Shown in pieces: positions 49,319-59,322 of a stretch of DNA of 64,000 bases. The notes beneath the pieces are model-generated. The model worked only from the letters and a program-made list of their open reading frames with translations. It searched no databases and was not told where the DNA came from. The position numbers and the translations under genes were made by a program. Every line of letters begins with the position of its first letter. The stretch's first letter is position 1. The DNA is taken from the sequence record LR756500.1; one strand, 5' to 3'.

Positions 49319-49400
49319 ACATAACAACGTGTATAAAACATTGCCTTTTATGGTCTTTTTTAAGTTTATACTAAATTTAATCTTTTGTTCATTCTATTAA
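49319..49400 (-). mobile_element. right half of an attC-like site
   Basis: ...GGCAATGTTTTATACACGTTGTTATGT with a GTT core; the left arm is missing. Confidence 0.4.
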
Positions 49401-49711
49401 GTTTTGTGTTGGCATTTTCTTCGTAAAATTGTTTCGCATCCATATTGTTTATTTTTAGTTTTTAATCCGCAAAAAATACTTCTCCAACCCTTGTCCATTA
49501 TAAGTCATATTAATGTTAATATATTCAACTTGTTTTATTAGTCTAAAATAGATGTCAATTATATCATCTTTTAATTTTTCTTTTACATCGCCAATAAATT
49601 CATTTTTATAATAGCAGTTGTTACCATCTATTTTATATTCTTGCTCATTTTGTAAATTATTAATTATTACAAATATATGCTAATGTTAAATTATTTATAA
49701 TCATAAATAAT

Positions 49712-50728
49712 TTAATATGAATTTATAGAATCAAATAATGGACATAATCTACAATCATTAACCTTATTATCTTCTATATTTTTTCTTAAATTAATTAATG
49801 ATTCGGAATTCCAAATATCATCAAATTTATCAATTTTAAATACATTAAAAGATTCATGAATCTTTTTATTTGATATTTCTGAAAATCCACAATGCCAATA
49901 ATTGCCATGCACATCTATAAATGCAGTAAAAAATGAACATTCACAACTTTCAATATCATTGATCATTTTATCACTCATTACATGTTTAAGACGAGGTTTT
50001 GAACATTGATCTAAACCAATAGTTATTTTATTTTTAATACAATGTTTAATTAGATTTCTATATTCATCTTTATCTAATAAAGTAAAATTACTTCCTTTTA
50101 CAGGTTTTGGTGTTATTAAAACTAAATAATCCGGTTTAATATTTTCATTCAAAAATCTATCAATAATATAGTAAGTAAAGTCTAATGTTTCTTTTGATAC
50201 AATTATTTGAAAACCAACTTGTTTATGACCTAATTGTTTTATTTTATAAAGAGTATTAAATGCTAAATTAATTTTATCTTGATATATACTTATTCCAATA
50301 CCTCCTAATTTAGGAACTAATCTTTTAGCTAGCTCTGGAGTTAGATCGATTCCAGTAAGAGTTATATTAGGTTTAATATGTAATGAATTACAATAATCAA
50401 TTATAGCTTCTGTATCTGGATTTGATTGTATACCTGTTATTCCTAAACTAATTTGTGTTAAGGTAGGTGGCATTTTTGAAATTAATAATTTAAAATCTTC
50501 TATAGACATATTTTTTGAAGTCTCTTCATGATTATATCTATAACAAAATTTACATTGATGTAGACAATTGCCTTTAGCAATTTCTACTTCTAAAGTTTCA
50601 GGTCCATATTTAGAATAATTACTTTTATTTTTACTTAAAAAATAACCAGTTTTAAAATCAAAGATAGACTTATATCCATCTACCTTTAAAATTTTAAAAC
50701 GATTAAAAAATGTTTTTATTTTGAACAT
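49712..50728 (-). CDS. radical SAM protein with a SPASM/twitch-like C-terminus
   Basis: CLHQCKFC (CxxxCxxC), SCEC...IDVHGNYWHC and CRLC. Confidence 0.85.
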   Translation of the reverse strand: MFKIKTFFNRFKILKVDGYKSIFDFKTGYFLSKNKSNYSKYGPETLEVEIAKGNCLHQCKFCYRYNHEETSKNMSIEDFKLLISKMPPTLTQISLGITGIQSNPDTEAIIDYCNSLHIKPNITLTGIDLTPELAKRLVPKLGGIGISIYQDKINLAFNTLYKIKQLGHKQVGFQIIVSKETLDFTYYIIDRFLNENIKPDYLVLITPKPVKGSNFTLLDKDEYRNLIKHCIKNKITIGLDQCSKPRLKHVMSDKMINDIESCECSFFTAFIDVHGNYWHCGFSEISNKKIHESFNVFKIDKFDDIWNSESLINLRKNIEDNKVNDCRLCPLFDSINSY

Positions 50729-50854
50729 TATATTATAAATATTGAATAAAAAAATCTTTTAACTTTTACATTAAATTGTTTAATTTTCGACATATATTTC
50801 ATTCCGCGTCCACCATAATGTCCTAATGTTGTAAAATTGTCTCTTTTTTTCATA

Positions 50855-51424
50855 TTATGCTAATTTAAATTGTTTAATAAAATATCGTAAAAATTCATTT
50901 TTAGAGCCTCCTATATTTCTAACCCAATCATAATAGGATCTTTTTTGCTCTTCAGATACCCAAATAGTAGGAGTAGATGTTCCATTATATGGAATAGTTT
51001 TTTGACAATCCCAATCTGGATATTTTTCAAAATCATATGTTCTTTCATCAGCAATAAAACAAATAGATGTCATTGAATTATTTAGATCAGGTTCGTAAAA
51101 TACTGAGCATATTACATTATTTTGTATAAGAGTTTGATGATATGTTTCCATTGAACCAAAATATGGTTCATCATTATTATACATAGTATATCCTTGACTA
51201 TTACTTGTTCCGCCGTTTAAGATAATCAAAGTTTTGTCATTTTGAATAAAATTCCATAATTCTTTATCATCTTTATTTTGCATTATATATTCTAATGCTG
51301 CATGGCCAGATTGTATGCCTTTTTGAATATCACTTATAGTTCTCATTGTGAGAAAATACATTCGTTTTTTAAGTTGTTTTTCCATAATATTATTATCTTC
51401 CTTTCTTACCTGGATATAAAACAT
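50855..51424 (-). CDS. PTH2 (peptidyl-tRNA hydrolase II)-like fold protein
   Basis: MYFLTMRTIS..QKGIQSGHA, KTLIIL, FYEPDL..SMTSICF; true start probably MEKQL. Confidence 0.5.
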   Translation of the reverse strand: MFYIQVRKEDNNIMEKQLKKRMYFLTMRTISDIQKGIQSGHAALEYIMQNKDDKELWNFIQNDKTLIILNGGTSNSQGYTMYNNDEPYFGSMETYHQTLIQNNVICSVFYEPDLNNSMTSICFIADERTYDFEKYPDWDCQKTIPYNGTSTPTIWVSEEQKRSYYDWVRNIGGSKNEFLRYFIKQFKLA

Positions 51425-52124
51425 TTACAAGATCTGATTGCCAATATTCCTTTGTTTCAATATCTATAATTGTTAATGGACCATTATAACTTGCACCTGT
51501 ATCAATTAACCAGACTTCTGCAAAATTAATTGGTAATGTTTGTTTACCGAAATTTAATGTTGGTGTATGACCTATAAATATTTCATTATATTCAGAAATT
51601 TTATTTATATGACCATGATTTTTATGCATAAATTGTTTGTGTTGTGCAGTATAAATTAAATTTCTGTTCCATCTTAAATCATCAGGATCTTGAATTTTAA
51701 TATCTACATTAGGATCAAATCCACCATGTAAGAAAATTCTATTATCATTATCTATGTAATATGCTAATCCATTTTTAATTAAATTTCTATGTGACAATGG
51801 AATTTCACTAGAATATGATTTAAGAGTAGCATTACCTCCTTCATTAATCCATGTTTGATCATAATAATCATCAGCCCATGGATGAGATTCTAAATATACA
51901 TTGTCAAAATAATTTTGAAACCATTTATCGTGATTACCTGCTATATAAATAAGATTTTTAATCTTTAATAATTCATCATAACATTCTTTAACTTCTGGCC
52001 ATCCATCACAAACATCACCCATGCATATTAATTCATCTTCTTCATAGTTAAAATTACATTTTTGTAATACTTGAATTAATGCTTTATATGCTCCATGTAT
52101 ATCTGTTATTGCAAATCTTTTCAT
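51393..52124 (-). CDS. Ser/Thr phosphatase-type metallophosphoesterase
   Basis: DIHG, GDVCDG, GNHD, HGG, GHT and IDTG. Confidence 0.85.
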   Translation of the reverse strand: MKRFAITDIHGAYKALIQVLQKCNFNYEEDELICMGDVCDGWPEVKECYDELLKIKNLIYIAGNHDKWFQNYFDNVYLESHPWADDYYDQTWINEGGNATLKSYSSEIPLSHRNLIKNGLAYYIDNDNRIFLHGGFDPNVDIKIQDPDDLRWNRNLIYTAQHKQFMHKNHGHINKISEYNEIFIGHTPTLNFGKQTLPINFAEVWLIDTGASYNGPLTIIDIETKEYWQSDLVNVLYPGKKGR

Positions 52125-52393
52125 TTGTTAATTAAAGTTTTAATAATATAAGAATCAGATAATGCTTCTTTATTATTTGAATTAATTTTATATAACTCGG
52201 TTAAAATTTCTATTTCATCAAGTCTATATTTTGAAGCAGATTCAAAATCTTGAATTTTAACACTATATAATTTTTGTTCTCTAATTAAATTTAGTGTATT
52301 TTCTAAATCTTTTTCAATTAAACTAATTAATTGTTTTTCTTTTTCTTGCAAACTATTTAATTCATTTAATAAATTATTTATTTTTTCACTCAT
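52121..52393 (-). CDS. UVR-motif coiled-coil protein, copy 1
   Basis: QDFESASKYRLD; first 27 aa identical to copy 2. Confidence 0.7.
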   Translation of the reverse strand: MSEKINNLLNELNSLQEKEKQLISLIEKDLENTLNLIREQKLYSVKIQDFESASKYRLDEIEILTELYKINSNNKEALSDSYIIKTLINK

Positions 52394-52610
52394 TATTAAT
52401 CTTTTTTATATAATTTTTTAAATTTTCCATGTCATCAAATCTATATTTTGCAGCATTTTCCCAATCTTGTTTTAAAACAAAATTGTTTTTTTCTTCTTTA
52501 ATAATTTTTAATTCTTCTTCTAGATTATTTTCAATTAAACTTATTAATTGTTTTTCTTTTTCTTGTAAACTATTTAATTCATTTAATAAATTATTTATTT
52601 TTTCACTCAT
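52386..52610 (-). CDS. UVR-motif coiled-coil protein, copy 2
   Basis: QDWENAAKYRFD. Confidence 0.7.
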   Translation of the reverse strand: MSEKINNLLNELNSLQEKEKQLISLIENNLEEELKIIKEEKNNFVLKQDWENAAKYRFDDMENLKNYIKKINNE

Positions 52611-52986
52611 GATTAATCTTTTTTATATACCATAAATATTTTGGTTCATTTATTATACCTTTATTATCAGGATGAGGATCATGTATAAGATTTTTATTTT
52701 TATAGATTACTGAATGATTAATATTTTTATTTCTAGGACTTGTTCCACCTACTATATAATAATCATTATTAGATTCTTTTATTATTTGATCTTCATCATT
52801 ATAGCTTTCAAATTCAAATCCATTATCCCATAACCATCCAATCATTTCTTCTGCCCAGTCTCCATTGATATCTTCTAATTTAGGTATTTTTTCTATAGGT
52901 ATTTCGGTTATTGAAGAAAGACACGCAGCTAAACAATTGCCACGTGTCCCTATTTTATGTAATTTTGTTTGATATGTAAATATCAT
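52603..52986 (-). CDS. hypothetical phage protein
   Basis: GNCLAACLSS...HSVI...IHDPHP, possibly a papain-like fold. Confidence 0.65.
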   Translation of the reverse strand: MIFTYQTKLHKIGTRGNCLAACLSSITEIPIEKIPKLEDINGDWAEEMIGWLWDNGFEFESYNDEDQIIKESNNDYYIVGGTSPRNKNINHSVIYKNKNLIHDPHPDNKGIINEPKYLWYIKKINHE

Positions 52987-54015
52987 TTAAATAATAACTT
53001 TGTAACCTGCATCTGCTAAATATCCTATAGCATGTTTAACAATACCTTGTTTATTTTTATCTGATAAAGTTATTTGAATTCCTGTAATTTTTTTAACTTC
53101 TTCTTTAATTTTAACTGCACTATAACCAGTTAAATCTAAAGTTTTATCAATAACAGTTTTATCAATAACAGTTTTATTAACTACCTTATTTAAATCTTTA
53201 TCATTATTAGATAAATCTTTATCTTTAGGTATCATAGCAAGAATTTCATTTCTTTCTGATGATGATACATTTCCATCTTTATCTTTTTTAGTATCAACTA
53301 CAATATTAAGAACTTTATATCTGCATACTCTCATTTTTTGATTTTTATAATCAGTAGGAACTGCTACTACATCTTTAGGATTAACAACAACTTCAATTAA
53401 AGTATCTCCTGAAAAAGTTGATGCATATTCCCAAGCTGCAACATGCAATCCTGAACTACAAGTATTATTTCTATTTGCATCAACTTTTTCTCTTTGCATT
53501 TCAACAACTAAACCAACATTATTTTTAAGTGTTTTAGTATGAGAGTCCATTAAATTTGTACCTACTTTAGTAACTTTTTTATAAGCTATAAAATTACCTT
53601 CTGGTGTAATAGGATGATGATTAGATTCTAAGAAACTATATAAATCTTTTCTTGATTCTAAAGATGGATTAAGTCTTAAATTTTCCCAGAATTTTATTAA
53701 ATAAATAAAATCTAATCCTTCATTTATAAAATCTAATAATCTTTTAGCTAAAATATGAGGAACTGGTTCCTTTTTATCATCTTTCATCCAAAGCAATCCA
53801 TCATCTGTTACTTCAAAATAAGTATTCGCATATCTTACAATTTTACTTTTAGGACTTAATATTTCTTTAACGGATTCATAATCTTTATCCTTTAAAAATC
53901 CTTTAACTGATTTAAATTTTGCTGTATCTGAAGAACTTATATTATAAGTTCTTCCTTCAAAATTAATTACTATATTATTATTAGTAATTAAGTGACTTAA
54001 TGTTTCATTTTTCAT
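52987..54015 (-). CDS. rIIB: rIIB-like protein
   Basis: NPSLES...LYSFL...ITPEGNFIAYK, CSSGLH, NPKDVVAVP.DY...KMRVCRY. Confidence 0.9.
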   Translation of the reverse strand: MKNETLSHLITNNNIVINFEGRTYNISSSDTAKFKSVKGFLKDKDYESVKEILSPKSKIVRYANTYFEVTDDGLLWMKDDKKEPVPHILAKRLLDFINEGLDFIYLIKFWENLRLNPSLESRKDLYSFLESNHHPITPEGNFIAYKKVTKVGTNLMDSHTKTLKNNVGLVVEMQREKVDANRNNTCSSGLHVAAWEYASTFSGDTLIEVVVNPKDVVAVPTDYKNQKMRVCRYKVLNIVVDTKKDKDGNVSSSERNEILAMIPKDKDLSNNDKDLNKVVNKTVIDKTVIDKTLDLTGYSAVKIKEEVKKITGIQITLSDKNKQGIVKHAIGYLADAGYKVII

Positions 54016-54016
54016 T

Positions 54017-56374
54017 TTACGTTATTTTTAATGTTAAACTTTCTATTTTTTCTTTGTTATCTTTATTAACTAATTTAATGTATTCATTTATTTCATTTAT
54101 ATAATTTTCAATTCTATATGTTTGAAATAATGGAATTAATTTATAAGTTTTATTAATATTTTTAATCTTATCGATAGATATTTCAATATTTTTATCGAAT
54201 TTATAAGATAAATTTGATATAAAATAATTAACAACATATTTATTTAGAGAATTATAAATTTTAGAATTAGATTTTTTTAATGCTAAAATTTTAGTTGTAA
54301 TGTCGGTAATAACTTTTCCAATTTCTGTATCTCCAAAATTTAATTTATCATAATGTTGACTTACTATTAAATCCTCATATAACTCAAATAAATAAGAATT
54401 TTCTAAATATTCATTTATTAAATCGACATTTTTTTTATCTTTAATTAATTCTTCAGCTGAAGTTATAATTGAATTCCCTATTTTTTTATTTTCTATTTTT
54501 GTTATATTTTTTTTATTTATAGCTAATAAATTAAACTGCTTATAATTATGCAATATTTTTAATTTTAAATGTAATTCTGCATTTAATTTAAAATCTGATA
54601 ATTTATCTACAGCTACATAATAAGTATCTTTATCTGCTAAAAATTGGTAATTCCATTTTGCATCAAATAAATTAGTTGTTTTGTTATATGTAAAATCTAT
54701 GCTTTTCCATTTATCATCAGTATCACATCTATATTTAGAAAAATCAAAAACAACATACTTAGCTGGAAAATGAGTAATTATAGGAAGTTTTATTCCATTC
54801 TCATCTTTTGCTAGAGTTATTTTTAATGGAATAACGTCTTTATAATTAATTACATTAAATATTTTTTTAATATTATTTAATTCTATAAGTTTTTCATTTT
54901 CAAATTCAATAGTTTTAGCTTTAATTGCTATTTCATCTTTAATCATCCATTTAGGTGGCTTATAAAATAATTCCTTAATTAATATAAATCCATTTTCATT
55001 ATTTTTTATAATAGATAAATCTCTTTTAATATTTCTTTTTGATGAATCTAATAAATAACATGGTAAAGAATTCCATATTCTTGCATCATAAAATCCAACT
55101 TCATTTAATGAATTTTTATTTTCAATATTTTCAACTTTAATATTTTTATCTTTTCTAAATATTTGTGTAGATGTAAATTTATTGTATTTAAAACTTACTT
55201 CTAATTTTTGATTATTATAGAAAAAATCTGTAAACAATTTATTTTGTTGTAACCAAGTTTTCATATAATGTAAAAAATTAGAATCTTTATTTTCACTAAA
55301 TAAATCTACTCCTTGACCATTAATAATTGAACTATAAATTGCACATGCATGAATATAATTAGTAGCTTTTTTAATTTCTGTATTAAATTCCTCTTTAAAA
55401 ATATTTTTAATATATGTAAATCTATCTCTTAAAATTTTATTAGTTTTATCAGTATATTGCAAATTTTCTCTGTTAACTGAAATGTCTAATACACCATTAT
55501 CAAAATATAATATTAAAGTATTTTGAATATTATTATTATAGTGTTCTGGTATATTTTTATATTCAGCTAATTCATTATCATAAGGGTATGGTATACCGTC
55601 TATTGATATGATAGTAGTTTTTTCAAAAGTTTGTTTATTATTTCCAATAGCATTTGAATTTGAATTAACTTGAGCAATATTGTATTTATTACTTTTGGAA
55701 ATATCATTATAATATGACAATTTTGGAATTATTATGTTAAATCCTGAATATTTAGGCTGACATTCCCATAATGATGTATATTCAATACATTTTTTTTCGA
55801 AGGTATTTCTATCATTTGGATTTATAGGAATAATAATAGATGTACCATTTAATTCTTGGGTTTCTTCTTGATTTAAGAGAATTATTTTTCCTCTTTTAGA
55901 TTCATCTATATATGCAGTATAATAATATTTAATTTTATCTACTACGGTTATTACATTAAAAATATCTGTATATGAAAACGGAGTTTTAGCACCTAAACCA
56001 AATCCTCCTGTCATATAATTTGAATATCTTTTTGTTGATGCTGCATATTTACAAAATACGTTTCCCATTCTATCTGGGGAGATACCGGGTCCATTATCTT
56101 TGAACTCAATAGATAATGATGAATTATTTATTAATTCTTGTCCTTTATTATCTCTAATAATTATTTCAATTGGAATATCATTGTGTCCAACTTCTCTATT
56201 TGCATCTCTAGCATTTGATGCTATTTCTCTACAAATAGAATCTATTGGTTTTTTATAAATTTTTGATCGTAACATATCAAAAATTATACCTGTATCTTCT
56301 ACATTTACTGAAAAATCATATTCTTTAATTTGCCCTTCTGCTTCTGTATGAATTGTTGATTGTGGTAATTTCAT
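54017..56374 (-). CDS. rIIA: rIIA-like protein (GHKL ATPase N-terminus)
   Basis: REIASNARDA, DNGPGIS, STK...GGFGLGAK.PFSY; adjacent to rIIB. Confidence 0.9.
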   Translation of the reverse strand: MKLPQSTIHTEAEGQIKEYDFSVNVEDTGIIFDMLRSKIYKKPIDSICREIASNARDANREVGHNDIPIEIIIRDNKGQELINNSSLSIEFKDNGPGISPDRMGNVFCKYAASTKRYSNYMTGGFGLGAKTPFSYTDIFNVITVVDKIKYYYTAYIDESKRGKIILLNQEETQELNGTSIIIPINPNDRNTFEKKCIEYTSLWECQPKYSGFNIIIPKLSYYNDISKSNKYNIAQVNSNSNAIGNNKQTFEKTTIISIDGIPYPYDNELAEYKNIPEHYNNNIQNTLILYFDNGVLDISVNRENLQYTDKTNKILRDRFTYIKNIFKEEFNTEIKKATNYIHACAIYSSIINGQGVDLFSENKDSNFLHYMKTWLQQNKLFTDFFYNNQKLEVSFKYNKFTSTQIFRKDKNIKVENIENKNSLNEVGFYDARIWNSLPCYLLDSSKRNIKRDLSIIKNNENGFILIKELFYKPPKWMIKDEIAIKAKTIEFENEKLIELNNIKKIFNVINYKDVIPLKITLAKDENGIKLPIITHFPAKYVVFDFSKYRCDTDDKWKSIDFTYNKTTNLFDAKWNYQFLADKDTYYVAVDKLSDFKLNAELHLKLKILHNYKQFNLLAINKKNITKIENKKIGNSIITSAEELIKDKKNVDLINEYLENSYLFELYEDLIVSQHYDKLNFGDTEIGKVITDITTKILALKKSNSKIYNSLNKYVVNYFISNLSYKFDKNIEISIDKIKNINKTYKLIPLFQTYRIENYINEINEYIKLVNKDNKEKIESLTLKIT

Positions 56375-56436
56375 ATTGCCTATTTATTTATATTTGTTGC
56401 CTTTTAAATTAATTATATGGAAAATATTAATTTTGT

Positions 56437-56868
56437 TTACATTTCCGTAAAACATTTTTTTCTTAATTCTGTAATAGTATAACCTTCTGGTATATCTAAT
56501 CTTTTTTCATATAAACCTCGTTTAATTCTTCTTATAAATCCTGTTGCTGTTAGCATATTTAAATATGTGTCCTGTGTAGAATTATTTCTTTCCATATGCT
56601 TTAATATTTCATTTCTACATATCTTTTCACCAACAGTTTTAGAATTAAATAATATTTTGATATCTTTCCAAACATGTAATTTTTTATTTCTAATATAAGA
56701 AATTATATTACTACCACTTATAGTATAATCATTTTGTGTTATTAACGATCCAGTAACATAATTTCCAAGGCATATAGGAGTTGTAGTATTATTAATTGTA
56801 ACGCTAGCCGAGCTAATACCAGTTGTACCTGTTGTAATAAAAGGAATATTTGTATTTACAAAATTCAT
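56437..56868 (-). CDS. hypothetical protein with a wHTH-like C-terminus
   Basis: TYLNML..TGFIRRIKRGLY. Confidence 0.65.
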   Translation of the reverse strand: MNFVNTNIPFITTGTTGISSASVTINNTTTPICLGNYVTGSLITQNDYTISGSNIISYIRNKKLHVWKDIKILFNSKTVGEKICRNEILKHMERNNSTQDTYLNMLTATGFIRRIKRGLYEKRLDIPEGYTITELRKKCFTEM

Positions 56869-56873
56869 ATGAA

Positions 56874-57131
56874 TTAATGTAATGGATGAGATTTAGCATA
56901 TCTATAATTCCAACGTTTTTTTAAGTCTTCAGAATATTCTGAATCATTTTGATACTTATTTACTACTTCATATAAAGCAGGATAAGCGGATTCTAATAAA
57001 TTTCTATTTATTGAATCTGCAACAGTCATTGCTTCTATTAAATGAGTGTAAAATCTTCCCGTTAATTTTAATTGCCACATGCAGAATTTTTCTTCTTCTT
57101 CTGTTATAATAGCATCTACAAAATCTTTCAT
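56874..57131 (-). CDS. hypothetical protein
   Basis: 85-aa ORF. Confidence 0.7.
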   Translation of the reverse strand: MKDFVDAIITEEEEKFCMWQLKLTGRFYTHLIEAMTVADSINRNLLESAYPALYEVVNKYQNDSEYSEDLKKRWNYRYAKSHPLH

Positions 57132-57658
57132 TATTTATTTATTTTAATTGATTTAAAAAAAAGTAACATTTTATTACCTTCCATCTTTGGACTTCCTTCT
57201 GGTTCACCAAGACCATTTAAGTCTTGTATTAATTTAGTTAATAATTTAGTTCCTAATTCTTTATGAGTAATCATTCTTCCTTTAAAAAAAACAAAGGTTT
57301 TTATTCTATTACCTTCGTTTAAAAACTTTTTAGCATGATTTAATTTAAAATTATAATCATGCTCATCAGTCATAGGAGTATATCTTATTTCTTTTGTTTT
57401 TACTTGAGTTTGATTTTTTTCTTGATCTTTTTTCTTTTTCTTTTGTAAATATAAAAACTTTTTATAATCTATTACTTTAACAACTGGAGGATTAGTATTA
57501 GGTGAAATTTCAACTAAATCTAAATCTAAATCATCAGCTTCTTGTAATGCTTCTTCTATGCTACATACTCTTGATTCTATTTCATCTCCAACAATTCTTA
57601 CTGTTTTTGCTTTTATTTGATTATTTATACGAAAATTTAAATTATCATTCTTAGACAT
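57131..57658 (-). CDS. infC: translation initiation factor IF-3
   Basis: RINNQI...VRIV...DLVEISPN..PPVVKVIDY.KF...KEIR...DEHD..FK...F..GN. Confidence 0.95.
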   Translation of the reverse strand: MSKNDNLNFRINNQIKAKTVRIVGDEIESRVCSIEEALQEADDLDLDLVEISPNTNPPVVKVIDYKKFLYLQKKKKKDQEKNQTQVKTKEIRYTPMTDEHDYNFKLNHAKKFLNEGNRIKTFVFFKGRMITHKELGTKLLTKLIQDLNGLGEPEGSPKMEGNKMLLFFKSIKINK

Positions 57659-58289
57659 GGTTCTCTTTTAATTTTTTTATTATATTTTTTATTTGTTCAT
57701 CAGTTAAATGCGATGGTATTATTTTAAAAAATTTAAACATCTCATAATAATTTGGATGCGATTCAGATATTCCTATAAATTTAATTAATTCTTCAATATT
57801 AGAAGAATCTTTCAATATTATTGGAATATTATCAACTAATATAATATCTTTACGTTTAAATTCAATGTTAGCTTCTGGAAATTTTAAAACTGTATTATAA
57901 ACACCTTCCCACATTTCCTCTGGATCAAAACCTGCTTTATCTTCAAATAAAATATTGAAATACCATTTATCATTATAATATCCAAAATGTTTTTCATTTA
58001 TTTCTAAATTTTCATTTTCATATCCAAATACAATATTATTTTCAGCAAAAACTTTTCTGTATATTTTTAATTCTTCAGGATATGATGAAGTTGACATAAT
58101 TAATCTAACATCATCTCTATTTGATAAAAATTGTAAAGATTCTTTAGCATAAGGATAAAATTCTATTCTAGAATCTCCTTTTTTATAATTAGGTTTAATA
58201 ACTGTTCCATGTAAATCGAATGCCCAATATGTTTCATACCAATTATATTTGTCTCTTATCTTTGGTAAATTTTCAATAACTTTTATCAT
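57651..58289 (-). CDS. HAD-like protein
   Basis: AFDLHGT and FEDKAGF. Confidence 0.6.
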   Translation of the reverse strand: MIKVIENLPKIRDKYNWYETYWAFDLHGTVIKPNYKKGDSRIEFYPYAKESLQFLSNRDDVRLIMSTSSYPEELKIYRKVFAENNIVFGYENENLEINEKHFGYYNDKWYFNILFEDKAGFDPEEMWEGVYNTVLKFPEANIEFKRKDIILVDNIPIILKDSSNIEELIKFIGISESHPNYYEMFKFFKIIPSHLTDEQIKNIIKKLKENHV

Positions 58290-58290
58290 A

Positions 58291-58851
58291 TTATTTATTA
58301 AAACAACTACAATTTTTAAAATTATTTAATTCATCTAATTCATTCCACATATTTGAATATAAGTTTTTTATTTTTAAAGCATATCTAAATATTGGATATT
58401 CTTCAACATATAATTTATACATTCTTTTTCCTTTTTCATCGTCACTATTTTTACTATTAAATGTATTGGAAATCCTATCACATAATTTAATAAATATTGC
58501 TAAATCTGATTGCCATATTTTAGGATATGTTTTAAAGTTTTTTTCTTTTCTACTCCATCCTCTTTCATTAGAAACTCTTAATACTAAATCAGCTATTCTA
58601 TTATTAAAAGTAGTTGATAATTTTGCAGGACTTGTATCAGTATCTTCTATTGTATCATGGAGAGCACATGCAGAAAGTACATCTTCTTTATCATTTTCAT
58701 TAATATAATAGATATACTCGGTAGCTTTGTTTAGAACGTCATTTATATGTTTAGAGTATGGAGCATTTCCATAACGTTGAGATTCTGAAGGTAAATCATG
58801 TTTATTAAAAGCGTATTCTTTAGCTTTTTCTAATAAATTATTTTTTGTCAT
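58291..58851 (-). CDS. RelA/SpoT-type HD hydrolase (Mesh1-like)
   Basis: A..KH..QRY...PY..H, LHDTIEDT and KLCDRISN; ATG start at 58851 preferred. Confidence 0.8.
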   Translation of the reverse strand: MTKNNLLEKAKEYAFNKHDLPSESQRYGNAPYSKHINDVLNKATEYIYYINENDKEDVLSACALHDTIEDTDTSPAKLSTTFNNRIADLVLRVSNERGWSRKEKNFKTYPKIWQSDLAIFIKLCDRISNTFNSKNSDDEKGKRMYKLYVEEYPIFRYALKIKNLYSNMWNELDELNNFKNCSCFNK

Positions 58852-59058
58852 ATTTAATTCTATATGCAAATATAATAATATAGTTTAAAATTTAAAAATA
58901 AATAACTCATTATTTGTTTAATAAAAGTTTAACTTTTAAATAAAAATTATAAATTTCTTTAATTTCTATTTCATTGTAATCTTCAGGAACTGAATTTTTA
59001 CCCATAGCATAATTTGCTAAAAAAATTTTAAATCCAGTTTTTTGGTATTCAATATTCA

Positions 59059-59271
59059 TTATTTATTATCTAATTTTTTATTTGCAATTGCTTTTTTAAT
59101 TAACACAGCGCCTTCATAGTTTTCATGAGCAATATTTATTTCAAGTAATTCTTCTAATTGTTCTAAATCAAATAACATAATGTCATCATCAGTAAATTCC
59201 ATTTCAAAATATTTTCCACCATCATTTCCTAAAAAGCCATGTTCTTCCATAAAATTTTCTAGTGCATTCAT
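59059..59271 (-). CDS. small acidic protein with a UVR motif
   Basis: AHENYEGAVLIKK. Confidence 0.65.
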   Translation of the reverse strand: MNALENFMEEHGFLGNDGGKYFEMEFTDDDIMLFDLEQLEELLEINIAHENYEGAVLIKKAIANKKLDNK

Positions 59272-59322
59272 ATAAGATATTTTTATTTATATATCACCGC
59301 GACTAATTAAAATGCAAAATTA

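Larger units (their letters stand above)
20339..58878 (-). promoter_or_regulatory. - strand copies of the TTATTATATTT(A/G) promoter motif
   Basis: At 20339-50, 24476-87, 34818-29, 36839-50, 48546-57 and 58867-78 (the last has an exact TATATTTG), each upstream of a - strand gene block. Confidence 0.7.

Noticed and set aside
23-58708. Shadow ORFs in the track (e.g. 23..304, 822..1007, 2501..2728, 3315..3584, 5047..5229, 5401..5586, 8255..8479, 9010..9198, 10542..10820, 13765..14052, 16187..16450, 22527..22709, 28201..28398, 34472..34810, 36029..36223, 37277..37708, 40356..40571, 41064..41264, 44843..45199, 49026..49298, 52429..52635, 57072..57266, 58466..58708)
   Set aside because: They overlap better-supported genes or structured spacers and have low-information compositions.
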